DNA of 62,433 nt, the filler included, from Clostridia bacterium (GTDB taxonomy: Bacteria; CBDUZB01; JAGLHV01): NCBI GenBank assembly GCA_030637025.1. It is 4 parts of 4 records of this genome, joined end to end, with 100 filler letters (N's around TTAATTAATTAA, not from the genome) between each part and the next. Parts side by side here need not be neighbours in the genome. Positions count along the whole stretch, not along the records: positions 60,382 to 62,433 come from DAOVVV010000077.1; 3 more parts are not named here. One strand, given 5' to 3'. Shown here one piece after another: positions 61,159-62,433 of this stretch (position 1 is its first letter; every line of letters begins with the position of its first letter). The position numbers and the translations under genes were made by a program. Below the pieces are notes generated by a model that ran no database searches, had not been told where the DNA came from, and saw only the letters and a list, made by a program, of their open reading frames with translations.

Positions 61159-62433
61159 CTATTTTATAATCATCAACTTCCCGCTTTTATGTTCTTTTTC
61201 GTTTTTAATATAATAAATATATACCCCACTGGCTAAGAGTTTTCCTCCTTTATTTTTTACATCCCAAACAAGTTGTCCGTCCCCGTCTTCTTCCTTAAGC
61301 GTTACAATTAACTCACCGCTAATGGTAAATATTTTTATCGTGGCCTGAGAAGAAAGTCCGGTAAAGGTAATCTGATTATGCCCTTGATAAGCTCTGAACG
61401 GAACAGGAAAGGCATAAGCAGAAGTTAAATTTGTATCATTTGCCCCCATTAACACAAAAGTAGAAAAATGCAACACTTTAGCTGTAACTACTTTTCGCTC
61501 TGTATCCACTATCGAACCCGGTATCCTTACCCATAAATTATTTTGTTCATCTAAATAATGTATAGCCAAAGTTTTTTCCCTTACCAGAGGAAAGGTGCCG
61601 TCAACAATTCCGTCATTATCATTATCCGAATAAGGAATAGTTAAATTTACTGCCGCATTAAAATTTATGTTATATAAATTTCCGTTTATATCGTAGGCGT
61701 TTAATTCGCGCGTTGTTCCGGCAATCGGATATTGTAAATTATTTCCTATTCTTTCCAGTTTACTTTCTGCCTGAATAATTCCCTGTTGATCAGTTGACTC
61801 TAAACTAATCTTAATATATCCATCTTCAGGTAAAGCATTAGCTGCTAAACCTACTTCCGTGTTTTCATCTTCTCCCACTACAGTATTAATAACTGTATGC
61901 TCCATTATGGTAGTAAATTTCCACTCTTTGCTGTGGGGGAGAGAATTACCGCTTGCATCCTTTGCACCTGTTGAAATAACTACTTCATAAGTGTAATTTT
62001 TACTTAGCGGTTCATCAGGTTGAAACACAATAGTAGTATCATCTTCCCAGCTAAAACTACCGGAAATTAATTCATCTATAACCTGTCCATCCTTGTCCAT
62101 TACTGCCTTCAAACTCATTGCTGATTCAACGGATGTTTTATCCATTTCCTTGCTGAATTTTACTTTTATGACCGCATTATCAGTCAACAAGCCAATAGTT
62201 CTATCACCCGGAACAACTGTTACTATTACCGGATCTTTAGGGTAAATTCTGACAGTATCATTAGAAGTATCCCCTGAATCGTTTCCGTCAATATAGGACA
62301 CATTAACCATTTCTGTACCCAATGCTTCCAATTCAAAATTACCCTTGGTAGCTGTAGAATTGAGTTTTACAGGAAGTCCTGCAATATTCCGGAATATCCC
62401 CGTATCACTTCCGGTCTCGGTTAAGATAAATAC
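61159..62433 (-). CDS. Large secreted protein with Big_5-like Ig domain and T9SS-like CTD, 5'-partial
   Basis: I.V.FSKEMD..SV...F.P...L.....Y.V.I...AKD..GN.L; HFSTF; AFPVPF...IFTISGELI...WD....ASGVYIY...GKLMIIK; likely continues past the window edge. Confidence 0.82.
   Translation of the reverse strand, partial: VFILTETGSDTGIFRNIAGLPVKLNSTATKGNFELEALGTEMVNVSYIDGNDSGDTSNDTVRIYPKDPVIVTVVPGDRTIGLLTDNAVIKVKFSKEMDKTSVESAMSLKAVMDKDGQVIDELISGSFSWEDDTTIVFQPDEPLSKNYTYEVVISTGAKDASGNSLPHSKEWKFTTIMEHTVINTVVGEDENTEVGLAANALPEDGYIKISLESTDQQGIIQAESKLERIGNNLQYPIAGTTRELNAYDINGNLYNINFNAAVNLTIPYSDNDNDGIVDGTFPLVREKTLAIHYLDEQNNLWVRIPGSIVDTERKVVTAKVLHFSTFVLMGANDTNLTSAYAFPVPFRAYQGHNQITFTGLSSQATIKIFTISGELIVTLKEEDGDGQLVWDVKNKGGKLLASGVYIYYIKNEKEHKSGKLMIIK

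Overview
Low-GC bacterial DNA, probably a diderm from a poorly characterised lineage. It is built from four contigs joined by artificial 100-nt N/TTAATTAATTAA spacers (23892-23991, 28923-29022, 60282-60381), so gene order across these joins is meaningless. Contig 1 has three tandem paralogous secreted proteins (50-aa-repeat beta-propeller, IPT/Ig domain, T9SS-like C-terminal domain), an RF-like GGQ protein, pepD, a nitroreductase, glnA, a GAF-ANTAR regulator, an atypical sigma-54-like gene and a GAF histidine kinase. It ends in a ~10 kb integrase-less gene-cassette region with attC sites, carrying a DUF262-HNH nuclease and a truncated type II Thoeris. The most unusual feature is that this array is punctuated by a repeated non-coding module: a consensus sigma-70 promoter ending in an attI-like GTTRRRY core, each directly followed by a cassette whose attC inverse core matches that core. 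Contig 2 has two more propeller paralogs, an M48 peptidase and an ECF sigma/anti-sigma pair. Contig 3 has a second attC array next to tRNA-Pro, a long housekeeping cluster (cca-like, trpS, scpAB, pheA, hisC, aroF, tyrA, aroA, cmk, plsC, ispH, rpsA, hup, merR), three OMP paralogs, a PorV-like gene with a CTD cargo, tRNAs, 5S and the 3' end of 23S rRNA. Contig 4 has another CTD cargo/PorV-like pair. Intergenic DNA is rich in stacked short-repeat, REP and MITE-like modules. All calls come from reading the sequence and recognising motifs; no searches were run.
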